A stretch of DNA of 29,149 nucleotides from Acidimicrobiia bacterium (GCA_041576165.1 JBFGLM010000054.1:1-29149), one strand, 5' to 3'. Counted from the first letter of the stretch, positions 17,159 to 26,512 are shown. Notes: generated from the letters alone by a model not told the origin. Numbers and translations are program-made.

Positions 17159-18946
17159 TCAGAACGCCTCGACCGGCAACTCCATCAGCGCCCCGTCCTC
17201 CAGCTCCGCGGCCACCCGCCGGGCCTCCACCTGGGGGGCAACGTCGGCAACGAAGAAACGGGCGGCCGCCACCTTGCCCTGGTAGAAGGGGTCGGACCGG
17301 TCGGCCGCCAGGGCGACCTCGCCCTGGCGCAACAGCAACCAAGCGATCGCCACTTCGGCCAGCGACTCGAGGAGGTGATTGGTGTGCAACCCCACTTTGT
17401 AGAGATCGGGCTTGTTCTGGAGTGAGCTCATCAGGTTCCCGACCATCGAGCCGAGCTGGCTCTGTACCGCCTCCACCATCTCGCCCAATGCCGCCCGTTC
17501 CGCTGCGAGCGGGTCCTCGTCGGGTCCGGCTTTGACGAACTCGACGATCTCGGCAGCCATCGCCCCAAGCGTCTGTCCTTGGTCTTTGGCGATCTTGCGG
17601 AAGAACAGGTCGAGCGCCTGGATGCCGGTCGTTCCCTCGTACACCGTGTCGATCTTGGCGTCGCGGATGTACTGCTCGATCGGGTAATCCCGCAGGTACC
17701 CGGACCCTCCGAGCACCTGGAGCGATTGGGCCAGCAGGTCGTAGGCTTTCTCGGACGAGTACCCCTTGACCAGCGGCAGGAGCAAATCGCTCCGGCGTTT
17801 CCAATCCCCGTCGGGGTCGCGCATGGCTTGGTCTTGAACCCATGCCGTGTAGAGCACGAGTGCCCGCAAACCCTCGGCGTAAGCCTTTTGCAGCATCAAC
17901 ATCCGCCGGACGTCGGGGTGACGAATGATCGGCACCCGCGGCGCGGACTTGTTCGTGGCATCGGTCAGATCTGGACCCTGGAGCCGCTCCTGCGCATATT
18001 CGAGCGCATTGCGATAGCCGGTGGAGAGCGTGGCCGCCGACTTCGTGCCGATCAGCATGCGGGCATGTTCGATGATCCGGAACATCTGACGGATCCCCTG
18101 GTGGACGCCGCCTACCAGGTAGCCGATGGCGGGGGCGTCGGCCCCGAAGGTCAGCTCACAGGTCGTGGAGCCGCGGATGCCCATCTTGTCCTCGAGGTTG
18201 GTGGCCACCACCCCGTTGCGCTCGCCCGGAGAACCGTCCTCGTTGACCAGGTACTTGGGCACGATGAACAGCGACAGGCCCTTGGTGCCGGCTCGGGCGC
18301 CCTCCGGCCGGGCCAGCACCAGATGAATGATGTTTTCTGCCGCATCATGCTCGCCGCTGGTGATGAAGCGCTTCACACCCTCCAGCCGGTAGGTGTCGCC
18401 CTCGATGGGAAACGCCTTGGTCGTTCCGGCTCCGACGTCGGATCCGGCATCGGGCTCGGTCAGCACCATCGTGGCCGCCCATCCCCGATCGATCATCAGC
18501 CTGGCGAATTCTTTCTGCTCGGGCGTGCCTTCCTCGTAAATCACTCGCGCGAACAAGCCGCCGGTCAGATAGAAGTAGGCGGTCGGGTTGGCGCCCACGA
18601 GCAGCTCGGTGGTTGCCCAGAAGACGCTGGGCGAAATGTCGATGCCCCCCAGCGCCTCCCCCGCTGCCAGCTTGTCCCAACCCGTCTCGCGGGCAGCTGC
18701 GAGCGAGGCTTTGAGACCATCCGGCAGGCGCACCTCGCCATCCACCAGCTCCAGCTTGGCGCGGTCGGCTTCGACGAACGAGTCCGCCCACTCGTTTGAG
18801 GCGAAACGTTCGACCTCGCGCAGGATGTCGCGAGCAGTCGTCTCGTCGATCTGCGAGAACGGGCCCGTTCCGAGATAGTCCTGGATTCGGTGGAGTTCGA
18901 ACAGGTTGAACTCCACATCCCGAAGGTTCGACCGGTAGTGGCCCAT
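17159..18946 (-). CDS. Long-form acyl-CoA dehydrogenase (FadE5-like)
   Basis: HYRSNLRDVEFNLFE, MVLTEPDAGSDVG, GVKRFITSG, GTKGLSLF, KMGIRGSTTC, catalytic YEGTTGIQ. Start could be 18946, 18949 or 18952. Confidence 0.93.
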   Translation of the reverse strand: MGHYRSNLRDVEFNLFELHRIQDYLGTGPFSQIDETTARDILREVERFASNEWADSFVEADRAKLELVDGEVRLPDGLKASLAAARETGWDKLAAGEALGGIDISPSVFWATTELLVGANPTAYFYLTGGLFARVIYEEGTPEQKEFARLMIDRGWAATMVLTEPDAGSDVGAGTTKAFPIEGDTYRLEGVKRFITSGEHDAAENIIHLVLARPEGARAGTKGLSLFIVPKYLVNEDGSPGERNGVVATNLEDKMGIRGSTTCELTFGADAPAIGYLVGGVHQGIRQMFRIIEHARMLIGTKSAATLSTGYRNALEYAQERLQGPDLTDATNKSAPRVPIIRHPDVRRMLMLQKAYAEGLRALVLYTAWVQDQAMRDPDGDWKRRSDLLLPLVKGYSSEKAYDLLAQSLQVLGGSGYLRDYPIEQYIRDAKIDTVYEGTTGIQALDLFFRKIAKDQGQTLGAMAAEIVEFVKAGPDEDPLAAERAALGEMVEAVQSQLGSMVGNLMSSLQNKPDLYKVGLHTNHLLESLAEVAIAWLLLRQGEVALAADRSDPFYQGKVAAARFFVADVAPQVEARRVAAELEDGALMELPVEAF

Positions 18947-19067
18947 CATCACGTCCTCTCGTCTCAACGGCGGGGCCTGGCGTGGTCCCCACCTCTTGAT
19001 CGGCAGCTGCGGCGCCGGGTTCTGCGGTTTGTGCGCCGCACAGCTGATCCGCCGCTCTTTGAGCGAT

Positions 19068-19118
19068 CACTCCAATTTTAGCATTTACTCAAAATCTTGT
19101 GGGCAGGAGTGTTAGATT
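19068..19118. promoter_or_regulatory. Divergent promoter/operator region between the fadE5-like gene and TetR
   Basis: Extended -10 TGCTAAAAT on minus (19075-19083) and TGTTAGATT on plus (19110-19118). Imperfect palindrome ATTTTAGCA-TT-TACTCAAAAT (19075-19095), flanked by CACTCC/GGAGTG. Confidence 0.6.
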
Positions 19119-19125
19119 CCGCGCG

Positions 19126-19671
19126 ATGCGGTACCGCTCCGGTCTCGAAACCCGTCACAAGATCCTCGACGCCACCCGCCAGCTCCTGGCCGAGGTAGGC
19201 CTGGACGGCACCACCATCAAAGCGATCTGTGATCGAGCCGGAGTGCGGGCGGGCTCCTTCTACAACCTGTTCGACTCCAAGGAAGAAGCCATCCTCACCG
19301 CAGTGCGGGAGGCCATCACTGCAGTGGACCCCGACCCGGCCGGCCTGGGGCAGGAGACCATCGGGGACCTGATCGAGGCGTACGTCCGGTTCGTCACCCG
19401 CGAGCCGGTGCTGGCGCGCGTCTATCTGCGGATCGCGGTGGGCGGCGGCATGTCCGATTCCGCCATCGCCGAACGAGTGTTGCGTCACCACCAGGCCCGG
19501 GTCGAGCGGTTCCGCGACGCCCTCCTGCGGGAGGACGAGGGCCTGACGAAAGAGGCTGCCGAACTCGCAGCAGAGGCCACGCTCGCCTCGCTCAATGGTT
19601 ACGCCATCCACTCGATCCTGGACCCCAGCTTCGACTTCGCCCGCCACGCCGAACGGCTCACTCCGGCCTGA
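19126..19671 (+). CDS. TetR/AcrR family transcriptional regulator
   Basis: ILDATRQLLAEVGLDGTTIKAICDRAGVRAGSFYNLFDSKEE helix-turn-helix. Leaderless start at 19126. Confidence 0.92.
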   Translation: MRYRSGLETRHKILDATRQLLAEVGLDGTTIKAICDRAGVRAGSFYNLFDSKEEAILTAVREAITAVDPDPAGLGQETIGDLIEAYVRFVTREPVLARVYLRIAVGGGMSDSAIAERVLRHHQARVERFRDALLREDEGLTKEAAELAAEATLASLNGYAIHSILDPSFDFARHAERLTPA

Positions 19672-19680
19672 GGACGCGCG

Positions 19681-19709
19681 GGAGGCGGCGCTCTACTTGC
19701 GCCGCCTCC
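19681..19709. terminator. Hairpin, likely bidirectional terminator, between convergent TetR and beta-propeller genes
   Basis: Perfect 11-bp stem GGAGGCGGCGC / GCGCCGCCTCC with a 7-nt loop. Confidence 0.7.
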
Positions 19710-19728
19710 TAATCGGTAGTTTCCAGCC

Positions 19729-21915
19729 TCAGCCGCCGAGGGTGGTGTCGGTCACACCTTCCTCGACGGGCACGGCCGCAGCATCCGGCTCGACCGGCAA
19801 GACTTCCGGAATGAAGCCGTCGAAGTACACGACGCCTTGGGTCTCCAATGACGACAGGTCGCTGGCCATGAGGCCGATCTCGGACAGGGTGTAGAGGGAG
19901 TCGCCGATCACCAATGAGCGCCGGACCTGGGCACCCCAGTCGTACTGGCCGTCCTTGCCCTGGAAGCGATCGTGGGTGATCCGTCCGATCTCCTCGATGC
20001 CGTCTCGCGTCGCTTCCACCGCCACCGCACCGAAGAAGTTGTCCTCGGTTTGGGTCCGCTCATCCCAGCTCCACCGCGAGATCGGCAGCACCGTGGTGCC
20101 GGTGGCCGGCCAGTGGAGGAACGCCCGGTGGTCGTATTCGACCTCCGAGGAGGACGAACCGTTCTCGTCTCGCGGCATCGTCCACTGCTGGAGCCGGATG
20201 GGGTTGGCCAGATCGGACACATCGAACAGCGACACCTGGGTTCCCCGGGTGAACCCTTCCTCGGTGGCATCCTGACCAACGCCAAGCAGCAGCCCGTCCT
20301 CCACCGGATGCAGGTAGGACGAGAATCCGGGGATCTTCAGCTCGCCGACCGCAATCGGGTTGGCCGGGTCGGACAGGTCGATCGTGTAGAGCGGGTCGAC
20401 CTGACGGAAGGTAACCACGTAACCCACATCGCCCAGGAAGCGGACGGCGAAGATCTGCTCGCCCCGTCCGAGCCCACCAACCGAGCCGACCTGCACCAGT
20501 TCGTCCCCGTCCTGTTCGAGAACCGCGACCTGACTCTCCGACGCCCGGGAGTCGCCCCACCAGAACCAGCTGGGCTGGTCGGTCGTGGCCACCCGCAGAT
20601 ATCCGTCATGTTCGGACATGGCGAACTGGTTCAGCATGAACCCTCGCACCGATCCACTGGCTTGATACGTTGTGCGGTTGGGATCCGAGATATCGAACTT
20701 GTGGATGTGAGTCTGGATGACCTCGGCCTCCCGCCTGGCCGCCGCCTCGTCCAGCGTCTCCCAGGGCACCCAGCGCTGAGACGCCACATACAGCGCATCC
20801 GGGCTGGCGTAGAGCGTCTCGCCCCCGGCGAGCACGCCAACCGAATTGGTGGGATCGACGCCGTCCTCCAGGCTCATGGTCAGCACGCTGAGCATGGTGA
20901 ATCCGGCGAACTCGGCGGGGTAGTACGCGTTCTCGCAGTCGAGGAGGTTGCCTTCGTCGACCACGTTGCCACGGCCGTCTTCCACGATGTAGTACGGGAC
21001 CCAGTTGTCGATGGTGGACTCTTCGATCACCTCGCGGTTGACCTCGATCGCGCGCTGCTCTCCCCGCAATCCCCCACCGGCCGGGTACAGGAATTCGAGC
21101 CCGGTCGGGAAGCTGGCAAACACCACGCGGGCGGTGTCGCCCGTCATGCGAGCCGACACGTAACGGCCGTCCACATACACCCGCCGGACCACTTCCAGGT
21201 CGTCGGGGTCGGAGATGTCGATCTCGACGAATGCCGAGATCTCGCCGCCGCCGTAGTCCGGGGCGAACACGCCCCGCTGGGCCACGAGCGGGATGTCAAA
21301 ACGGGAGGCGGTAGACATCACCAGCAGTTTGTGGCCGGCGAGGAGCATTTCCTGATTCCATCCGGATTCCAGGAACATGCTGCCCCGGGCTACCGGGCCC
21401 TCTGCGGTGACATCGAAGTAGTGCAGCGTGCCTTGGGCCAACGCAACGATGCGTTCTCCGTCTGTCTTGATGATGTCGGGCTCATCGACCCCAATCTCTT
21501 GCACGTTGGTGCCCGAGTAGTCGACACCTTCGACCGGGCTCCGCTGGGCGGCTACCGTGGTCGCCGGCGCGGCTGCATCAAAGCCGCCCTCCGCGGCGGC
21601 CGCCTCTTCAAACAGGATCGGCCCGCCGAAGTATCCGCCGCCCTCCAGCCCGTAGGGCCCGACCCGCTCGATGGCTTCCGCCTTCACGTGGGCCAGAAAC
21701 GCTTCACACGTATCAAATCGCTGCAAAGCAGACGCGAACAAACCCACCGGTTCACCCGTGCCGCCTGTGCTCGAACCCCCGGTCCCGGCGCCGGGTGCAC
21801 CGATCGTGGCCGGGGCGCCGTCTCCGCCCCCGGCGTCGGGGACGCTTCCATTTTGCGAGGTACACGCAACTGCCACCATGGCGAGCACCAGCAGTGGCGC
21901 CAAGATCCGTTTCAT
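19729..21915 (-). CDS. Beta-propeller domain-containing lipoprotein (Beta_propel family)
   Basis: Signal and lipobox MKRILAPLLVLAMVAVA-C. Family motifs YSGTNVQEIGVDEPDIIKTDG, NQFAMSE, VVTFRQVDPL, GELKIPGFSSYLHP. Confidence 0.88.
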   Translation of the reverse strand: MKRILAPLLVLAMVAVACTSQNGSVPDAGGGDGAPATIGAPGAGTGGSSTGGTGEPVGLFASALQRFDTCEAFLAHVKAEAIERVGPYGLEGGGYFGGPILFEEAAAAEGGFDAAAPATTVAAQRSPVEGVDYSGTNVQEIGVDEPDIIKTDGERIVALAQGTLHYFDVTAEGPVARGSMFLESGWNQEMLLAGHKLLVMSTASRFDIPLVAQRGVFAPDYGGGEISAFVEIDISDPDDLEVVRRVYVDGRYVSARMTGDTARVVFASFPTGLEFLYPAGGGLRGEQRAIEVNREVIEESTIDNWVPYYIVEDGRGNVVDEGNLLDCENAYYPAEFAGFTMLSVLTMSLEDGVDPTNSVGVLAGGETLYASPDALYVASQRWVPWETLDEAAARREAEVIQTHIHKFDISDPNRTTYQASGSVRGFMLNQFAMSEHDGYLRVATTDQPSWFWWGDSRASESQVAVLEQDGDELVQVGSVGGLGRGEQIFAVRFLGDVGYVVTFRQVDPLYTIDLSDPANPIAVGELKIPGFSSYLHPVEDGLLLGVGQDATEEGFTRGTQVSLFDVSDLANPIRLQQWTMPRDENGSSSSEVEYDHRAFLHWPATGTTVLPISRWSWDERTQTEDNFFGAVAVEATRDGIEEIGRITHDRFQGKDGQYDWGAQVRRSLVIGDSLYTLSEIGLMASDLSSLETQGVVYFDGFIPEVLPVEPDAAAVPVEEGVTDTTLGG

Positions 21916-21950
21916 GACCATCCCTCTCATCTCACTCGTCTCGTCGCTGA

Positions 21951-21978
21951 GACGTGTCGAATGGAGGGATCGGTTCCC
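21951..21978 (-). promoter_or_regulatory. Putative ECF sigma factor promoter
   Basis: GGGAAC-N18-CGTC upstream of the lipoprotein gene. Confidence 0.45.
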
Positions 21979-22034
21979 GAGAAGACGCACACCACCGATT
22001 TCACGCCGGCCGCTGGGCCCGGCCCGGTGTGCGA

Positions 22035-23000
22035 TCAGGCTTCGATGGAGGCGACTATGTCGGCTGCAGCCTGGCCGGTGAGGCGGGTGAGCTCCACCCC
22101 GCGCGCCTTACGGTTGGCCACTTGGTTGGCGAAATCCTGGCCCGTGATGATGGTGTAGAGCGCGTCACCCGGGCAGCTGGTAGCCGCCAGATCGCGATGC
22201 CCTTTCACCACGGAGAATCCCAGCCCGTAATGGTTGACCGCCCACGCCACCACCGTCGCCAGGGTCAGCACCTGGGCCTCTGTCGGAGCCTGGTTGTCGA
22301 AGTCACCCTCCAGCGCCGGGAGGAAATGACCGGTGGGGTCGTAGTTGGTGAACGTGTCGCCGATCGCCCACAGCGGGCGACCCTCGTACACGTTGCCGTT
22401 GCGATCGATCAGCATGTGATAGGCGATGTCCGGCCAGCCCTGGGAGCGGTGGTAGGCCTCGTGCTGGCGGAACCGATTCGGTGCATTGCGATTGTCCTGG
22501 AGCACAACCGCAGTGTGATGGATGGTGATGGCGTTGATCTGATTCTGCACCCGAAAGCCGGTCCCGTCCGGCGTGTCGCTCCACGCCGCCTTCTCCAGCA
22601 CCGCCAGCCCCAAAGTTCCCGTGGCCGGCTGGGTGGTCGTCGCCGCCGGCTGGGTGGTGGTGGTGGTGGCCCGAGGCGCCGTCGTGCCGGGAGCCGCAGT
22701 CGTGCCCGGGGAGGTGGTCACGGTCGCGCCCGCGACCTCGGTGGGCGAGGTAGTCGTGGTGGTGGCACTCGTCACCGGCGCCCCCGTGGTGCTCGGTGCC
22801 GCCGACGTTGCGGGGGCGGCTGTCGTCGACGGTGCCCCGGTAGTCGTCGTTTCCTGGGCGAGAGTGGTACCGGTCGGGTCGTCCCGGGTGGCGCTGCGGA
22901 CAATGGGCCATCCGATCAGGGCGGCCAGGCCGGTAGCGACGGCCCCCAGAAAGCGGCGGCGGCCCTTGTCCGGGGCGGCGTCGGGTGTTGTGTGTGCCAT
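22035..23000 (-). CDS. Tat-exported N-acetylmuramoyl-L-alanine amidase (Amidase_2/PGRP-like) with Thr/Pro/Ala-rich linker
   Basis: GRRRFLG followed by a hydrophobic helix. ITIHHT, DIAYHMLID..G.VYEGR, GHRD and TSCPG supply the Zn ligands. Confidence 0.88.
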   Translation of the reverse strand: MAHTTPDAAPDKGRRRFLGAVATGLAALIGWPIVRSATRDDPTGTTLAQETTTTGAPSTTAAPATSAAPSTTGAPVTSATTTTTSPTEVAGATVTTSPGTTAAPGTTAPRATTTTTQPAATTTQPATGTLGLAVLEKAAWSDTPDGTGFRVQNQINAITIHHTAVVLQDNRNAPNRFRQHEAYHRSQGWPDIAYHMLIDRNGNVYEGRPLWAIGDTFTNYDPTGHFLPALEGDFDNQAPTEAQVLTLATVVAWAVNHYGLGFSVVKGHRDLAATSCPGDALYTIITGQDFANQVANRKARGVELTRLTGQAAADIVASIEA

Positions 23001-23011
23001 TAGGCTCCATG

Positions 23012-23962
23012 ATGCCCCCAACCAACGGATGTTTCGTGGATTTCGCGCTCATGGTCGAGCCTCAGCTCGGCGGCACCTACCACGATCTGCTGGACCTGGC
23101 CCGGTGGGCCGAAGGCAGCGGATTCGTCAGCTTCACCCGCTCCGACCACTACTACTCGTCCCGCACGCCTCCCCCGGCGGCCACCGACGCATTCAGCACG
23201 CTGGCCGGCCTGGCTCGCGAAACGTCCGACATCAGGCTGTGTGTGCTGGTGACGCCGATCACATTCCGGCACCCGGCGGTCATCGCCAAATCGGCCGCGA
23301 CCATCGACCAGATGTCGCGGGGTCGGCTCGACCTCGGAGTGGGCACCGGATGGATGGAACTGGAGCACGACGCGTTCGGCCTGCCGTTCCCGCCCTGGAG
23401 CGAGCGATTCGCCCGCTTGGAAGAGGCACTCCGGTACCTCGATGCTGCGTTCAGCCCCGAATCACTCCCATTCAAGGGGACTTACTACTCACTGGAGGCC
23501 GTATCCCATCCCAAGCCGGAGCGCCGCATACCCATCATCGTTGGCGGTAGCGGCCCGAAACGAACGCCATCCCTGGCGGGCCGCTACGCCGATGAGTACA
23601 ACCACTTCATCGCGCCGCCCGACCGCCTCGCGGAGCGGCTCTCCACCATGCGGGCGGCTGCAGCCGGCGCTGGCCGCGATCCGGACTCAATCGTGTTCTC
23701 CACCGTCTCAGGCGTCCTGACCGGCGCCACCGAATCCGAGTATCGGGACAACCTGGCGGCTGCGGCGGCCGAGCGCAACGTGGACCCGGCTGCCCTGGCC
23801 AAACGTCTCGCCGACGCTGGATCGATCCACGGTCCGGCCGAACAGATCGCCGAGCAGCTCGCCGCGGTCGAAGCGGCGGGCGTCTCCAAGCTCTACGTAC
23901 AGTTCTTCAGCATGCCGGCCGTCGATGAGGTCGCCGCCGTATGGCAGGTAATCCGCGGCTGA
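23012..23962 (+). CDS. LLM class oxidoreductase, probably F420-dependent
   Basis: EPQLG, RSDHY, DAFSTLAGLARETSDIRL, TFRHPAVIAK, GRLDLGVGTGW, IIVGGSG. Start is ATG 23012 or GTG 23036. Confidence 0.88.
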   Translation: MPPTNGCFVDFALMVEPQLGGTYHDLLDLARWAEGSGFVSFTRSDHYYSSRTPPPAATDAFSTLAGLARETSDIRLCVLVTPITFRHPAVIAKSAATIDQMSRGRLDLGVGTGWMELEHDAFGLPFPPWSERFARLEEALRYLDAAFSPESLPFKGTYYSLEAVSHPKPERRIPIIVGGSGPKRTPSLAGRYADEYNHFIAPPDRLAERLSTMRAAAAGAGRDPDSIVFSTVSGVLTGATESEYRDNLAAAAAERNVDPAALAKRLADAGSIHGPAEQIAEQLAAVEAAGVSKLYVQFFSMPAVDEVAAVWQVIRG

Positions 23963-23969
23963 CCGGCGT

Positions 23970-24446
23970 TCAGAACGGTTCGGAAATCTCCGCCCAGCGA
24001 GCATCACTCAACCGAATCAGTTCGGTCAGCGAGAGCGGGAACACGGTGTCAGGTGTTCCTCCCGCCGCCCACACCTCATCGTGGCGCTTCAGGAGCTCGT
24101 CGGCGAACACCGGGATGGGCGTGGCATGCCCGAACGGAGGGGTTCCGCCGGCGACGTAACCGGTGGCTTCCCGGACCACGTCGAGCGGCGCCCGATCAGC
24201 GCGCCGGCCGCCGGCGGCGGCTGCCAGCGCAGCCGGATGGAGCCGCCGGTCGCCCGGGACCAGGCCGATGACCGGCCGGTCATCGACAGTAAATACCAGG
24301 GATTTCGTGATGGCGGACAGCTCACAGCCGACTGCATCCGCTGCGTCCTGGGCGGTCTTCGTGTTGAGAAACTGGTGTATGTCGATAGCGACGCCTGCAT
24401 CAGCCGCGGCTGCTACTACGCGCTGACAGGCCGGCGGGAGTGACAT
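23970..24446 (-). CDS. YbaK/EbsC family aminoacyl-tRNA trans-editing protein
   Basis: TKTAQDAA, conserved Lys in ITKSLVF, TGYVAGGTPPFG, VWAAGGT. Confidence 0.9.
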   Translation of the reverse strand: MSLPPACQRVVAAAADAGVAIDIHQFLNTKTAQDAADAVGCELSAITKSLVFTVDDRPVIGLVPGDRRLHPAALAAAAGGRRADRAPLDVVREATGYVAGGTPPFGHATPIPVFADELLKRHDEVWAAGGTPDTVFPLSLTELIRLSDARWAEISEPF

Positions 24447-24523
24447 GGGCTCACTGTAGAGCCGGTCCGAGCAGGGGTGAGAGCAATTTCCCCTATCGTG
24501 GTGGTGCTTTTACAGTGGTGATC

Positions 24524-25279
24524 ATGAGCGAACAGGCATTGCTCGTCATCGACAATCTCTCCGTGGCCGCCGACGGCACCCAGATTCTCAAAGGCGTGGA
24601 CCTCACCATCCACCTCGGCGAGGTCCACGCGCTGATGGGACCCAACGGCTCGGGCAAGTCCACGCTGGCGAACGTGCTGATGGGCCATCCTGGCTACGAG
24701 GTCACCGAGGGCCGCATCCTGCTCGAGGGCGAGGACATCACCGAGGCAGCCCCCAACGACCGAGCAACCAAAGGCATGTTCCTCGCATTCCAGTATCCCG
24801 AGGAGATCCCGGGCGTATCGGTCGTGAACTTTCTCCGCGCAGCGCTGTCGAATAGGACGGGGATCGACTACACCGTGCTCGAGCTGCGCCTCAAGGTCAT
24901 GGACGCCATGCGTGACCTGGGGATAGATCCCGGCTTTGCAGATCGGTACCTCAACGAAGGCTTTTCCGGTGGTGAGCGCAAACGAAACGAAGTGCTGCAA
25001 ATGGCGGTGCTCGAACCGAAACTGGCCGTGATGGACGAAACCGACTCGGGTCTCGACATCGACGCGCTGCAGACCGTGGCGGAAGGCGTGCAGCGTCTCA
25101 CCGGCCCCGAGCGGGGCTTTCTGATCATCACGCACTACCAGCGCCTCCTCGACTTCATCACCCCTGACCAGGTGCACGTACTGATCGACGGCCGCGTGCT
25201 CACCAGCGGCGGGCCCGAGCTGGCCGCGCAGCTGGAGGACGAGGGTTACGACGCGTTCCGGGAGGCGCCGGTCGGCTGA
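24524..25279 (+). CDS. sufC: Fe-S cluster assembly ATPase SufC
   Basis: HALMGPNGSGKST, FLAFQYP, RYLNEGFSGGERKRNE, DETDSGLDIDAL, ITHYQRLL. Start at ATG 24524. Confidence 0.96.
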   Translation: MSEQALLVIDNLSVAADGTQILKGVDLTIHLGEVHALMGPNGSGKSTLANVLMGHPGYEVTEGRILLEGEDITEAAPNDRATKGMFLAFQYPEEIPGVSVVNFLRAALSNRTGIDYTVLELRLKVMDAMRDLGIDPGFADRYLNEGFSGGERKRNEVLQMAVLEPKLAVMDETDSGLDIDALQTVAEGVQRLTGPERGFLIITHYQRLLDFITPDQVHVLIDGRVLTSGGPELAAQLEDEGYDAFREAPVG

Positions 25280-26505
25280 TGGCTGATCTGACATCCCTCC
25301 GCGGCGACTTTCCGATCTTGGACCGCAAGATCAACGGCAAGCCGCTGGTGTTCCTGGACTCTGCCGCCTCCTCCCAGAAGCCGGTCCAGGTACTCGAGGC
25401 GATGGATCGTTTCTACCGCAATTCGTACGCCAACGTGCATCGCGGGGCCTACACCCTATCGCAGGAGGCGACCGAGGAATACGAGGGGGTGCGCCACAAG
25501 ACCGCCATGTTCCTCAACGCAGCGTCTGACGAAGAGGTCGTGTTCACACGCTCGGCCACCGCGGCGATGAACCTCGTTGCCTACGGCTGGGGGCTCAACC
25601 GTCTTGGTCCCGGTGATCGGATCGTCACAACGACGATGGAGCACCACGCCAACATCGTGCCCTGGCACCTCGTCACCAAGCACACCGGCACCGAGATCAC
25701 TTTCGTCGACTTCGATGACGAATACAGGATCGAGCCAGACGCATTCGCGGCGGTGGTCGATGAACGGGTCAAGATCGTGTCCATCTCCGGGATGTCAAAC
25801 GTTCTCGGCACGATGCCGGCGGTGGCGGAGATCGCGCAGATTGCGCACGACGTCGGCGCGATCGTGGTGGTCGACGGCGCTCAGCTGGTTCCCCACGCTC
25901 CAGTCGACGTCCAAAACCTCGGCGCCGACTTCCTGGCATTCTCGGCCCACAAGATGCTTGGCCCGACCGGGGTCGGCGCTCTGTGGGGGCGACGGGACCT
26001 GCTCGAGATCATGGAGCCGATGGAGGGCGGCGGTGAGATGATCAGCGACGTCACTCTGGAGGGCTCGCGCTGGGCCCCGGTGCCGCACAAGTTCGAGGCG
26101 GGCACCCCGCCATTTGCCGAGGCAGTCGGGCTCGGCGCCGCGATCGACTACCTGACAAAGGTCGGCATGGACGAGATCTTCGCCCACGATCAAGCGCTCA
26201 CCGCATACGCACTCGAACGGCTGTCGGAGGTTCCCGATCTGATCATCCAGGGCCCCGCCGACACCCGGGATCGGGGCGGCGCCGTCAGCTTCTCCGTCGG
26301 GGACATTCATCCGCACGACATCGCCACGATCCTGGATCAGGAAGGGGTGGCGGTGAGGGCGGGCCACCACTGCGCCAAGCCGCTGATGCGCCGGCTGGAA
26401 GTCCCGGCGACGGCCCGGGCCTCGTTTTACCTCTACAACTCGCCTGAAGACGTTGACGCCCTGGTCGAGGGCCTGGGTGTGGCCCGCAAGCTCTTTGGGC
26501 TGTAG
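25279..26505 (+). CDS. sufS: SufS-type (group II) cysteine desulfurase
   Basis: FLDSAASSQKP, ANVHRG, MEHHANIVPW, PLP-binding SAHKM, catalytic RAGHHCA. TGATG-coupled to sufC. Confidence 0.95.
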   Translation: MADLTSLRGDFPILDRKINGKPLVFLDSAASSQKPVQVLEAMDRFYRNSYANVHRGAYTLSQEATEEYEGVRHKTAMFLNAASDEEVVFTRSATAAMNLVAYGWGLNRLGPGDRIVTTTMEHHANIVPWHLVTKHTGTEITFVDFDDEYRIEPDAFAAVVDERVKIVSISGMSNVLGTMPAVAEIAQIAHDVGAIVVVDGAQLVPHAPVDVQNLGADFLAFSAHKMLGPTGVGALWGRRDLLEIMEPMEGGGEMISDVTLEGSRWAPVPHKFEAGTPPFAEAVGLGAAIDYLTKVGMDEIFAHDQALTAYALERLSEVPDLIIQGPADTRDRGGAVSFSVGDIHPHDIATILDQEGVAVRAGHHCAKPLMRRLEVPATARASFYLYNSPEDVDALVEGLGVARKLFGL

Positions 26506-26512
26506 GCCGGTC

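Noticed and set aside
17049-17843. 264-aa minus-strand ORF overlapping the fadE5-like gene
   Set aside because: Alternative frame with Arg/Gly/Pro-rich low-complexity composition.
19972-22158. 728-aa plus-strand ORF
   Set aside because: Antisense shadow of the beta-propeller lipoprotein gene.
22573-23550. 325-aa ORF with Val-rich, transmembrane-looking repeats
   Set aside because: The Val runs are the reverse complement of the amidase Thr-rich linker.
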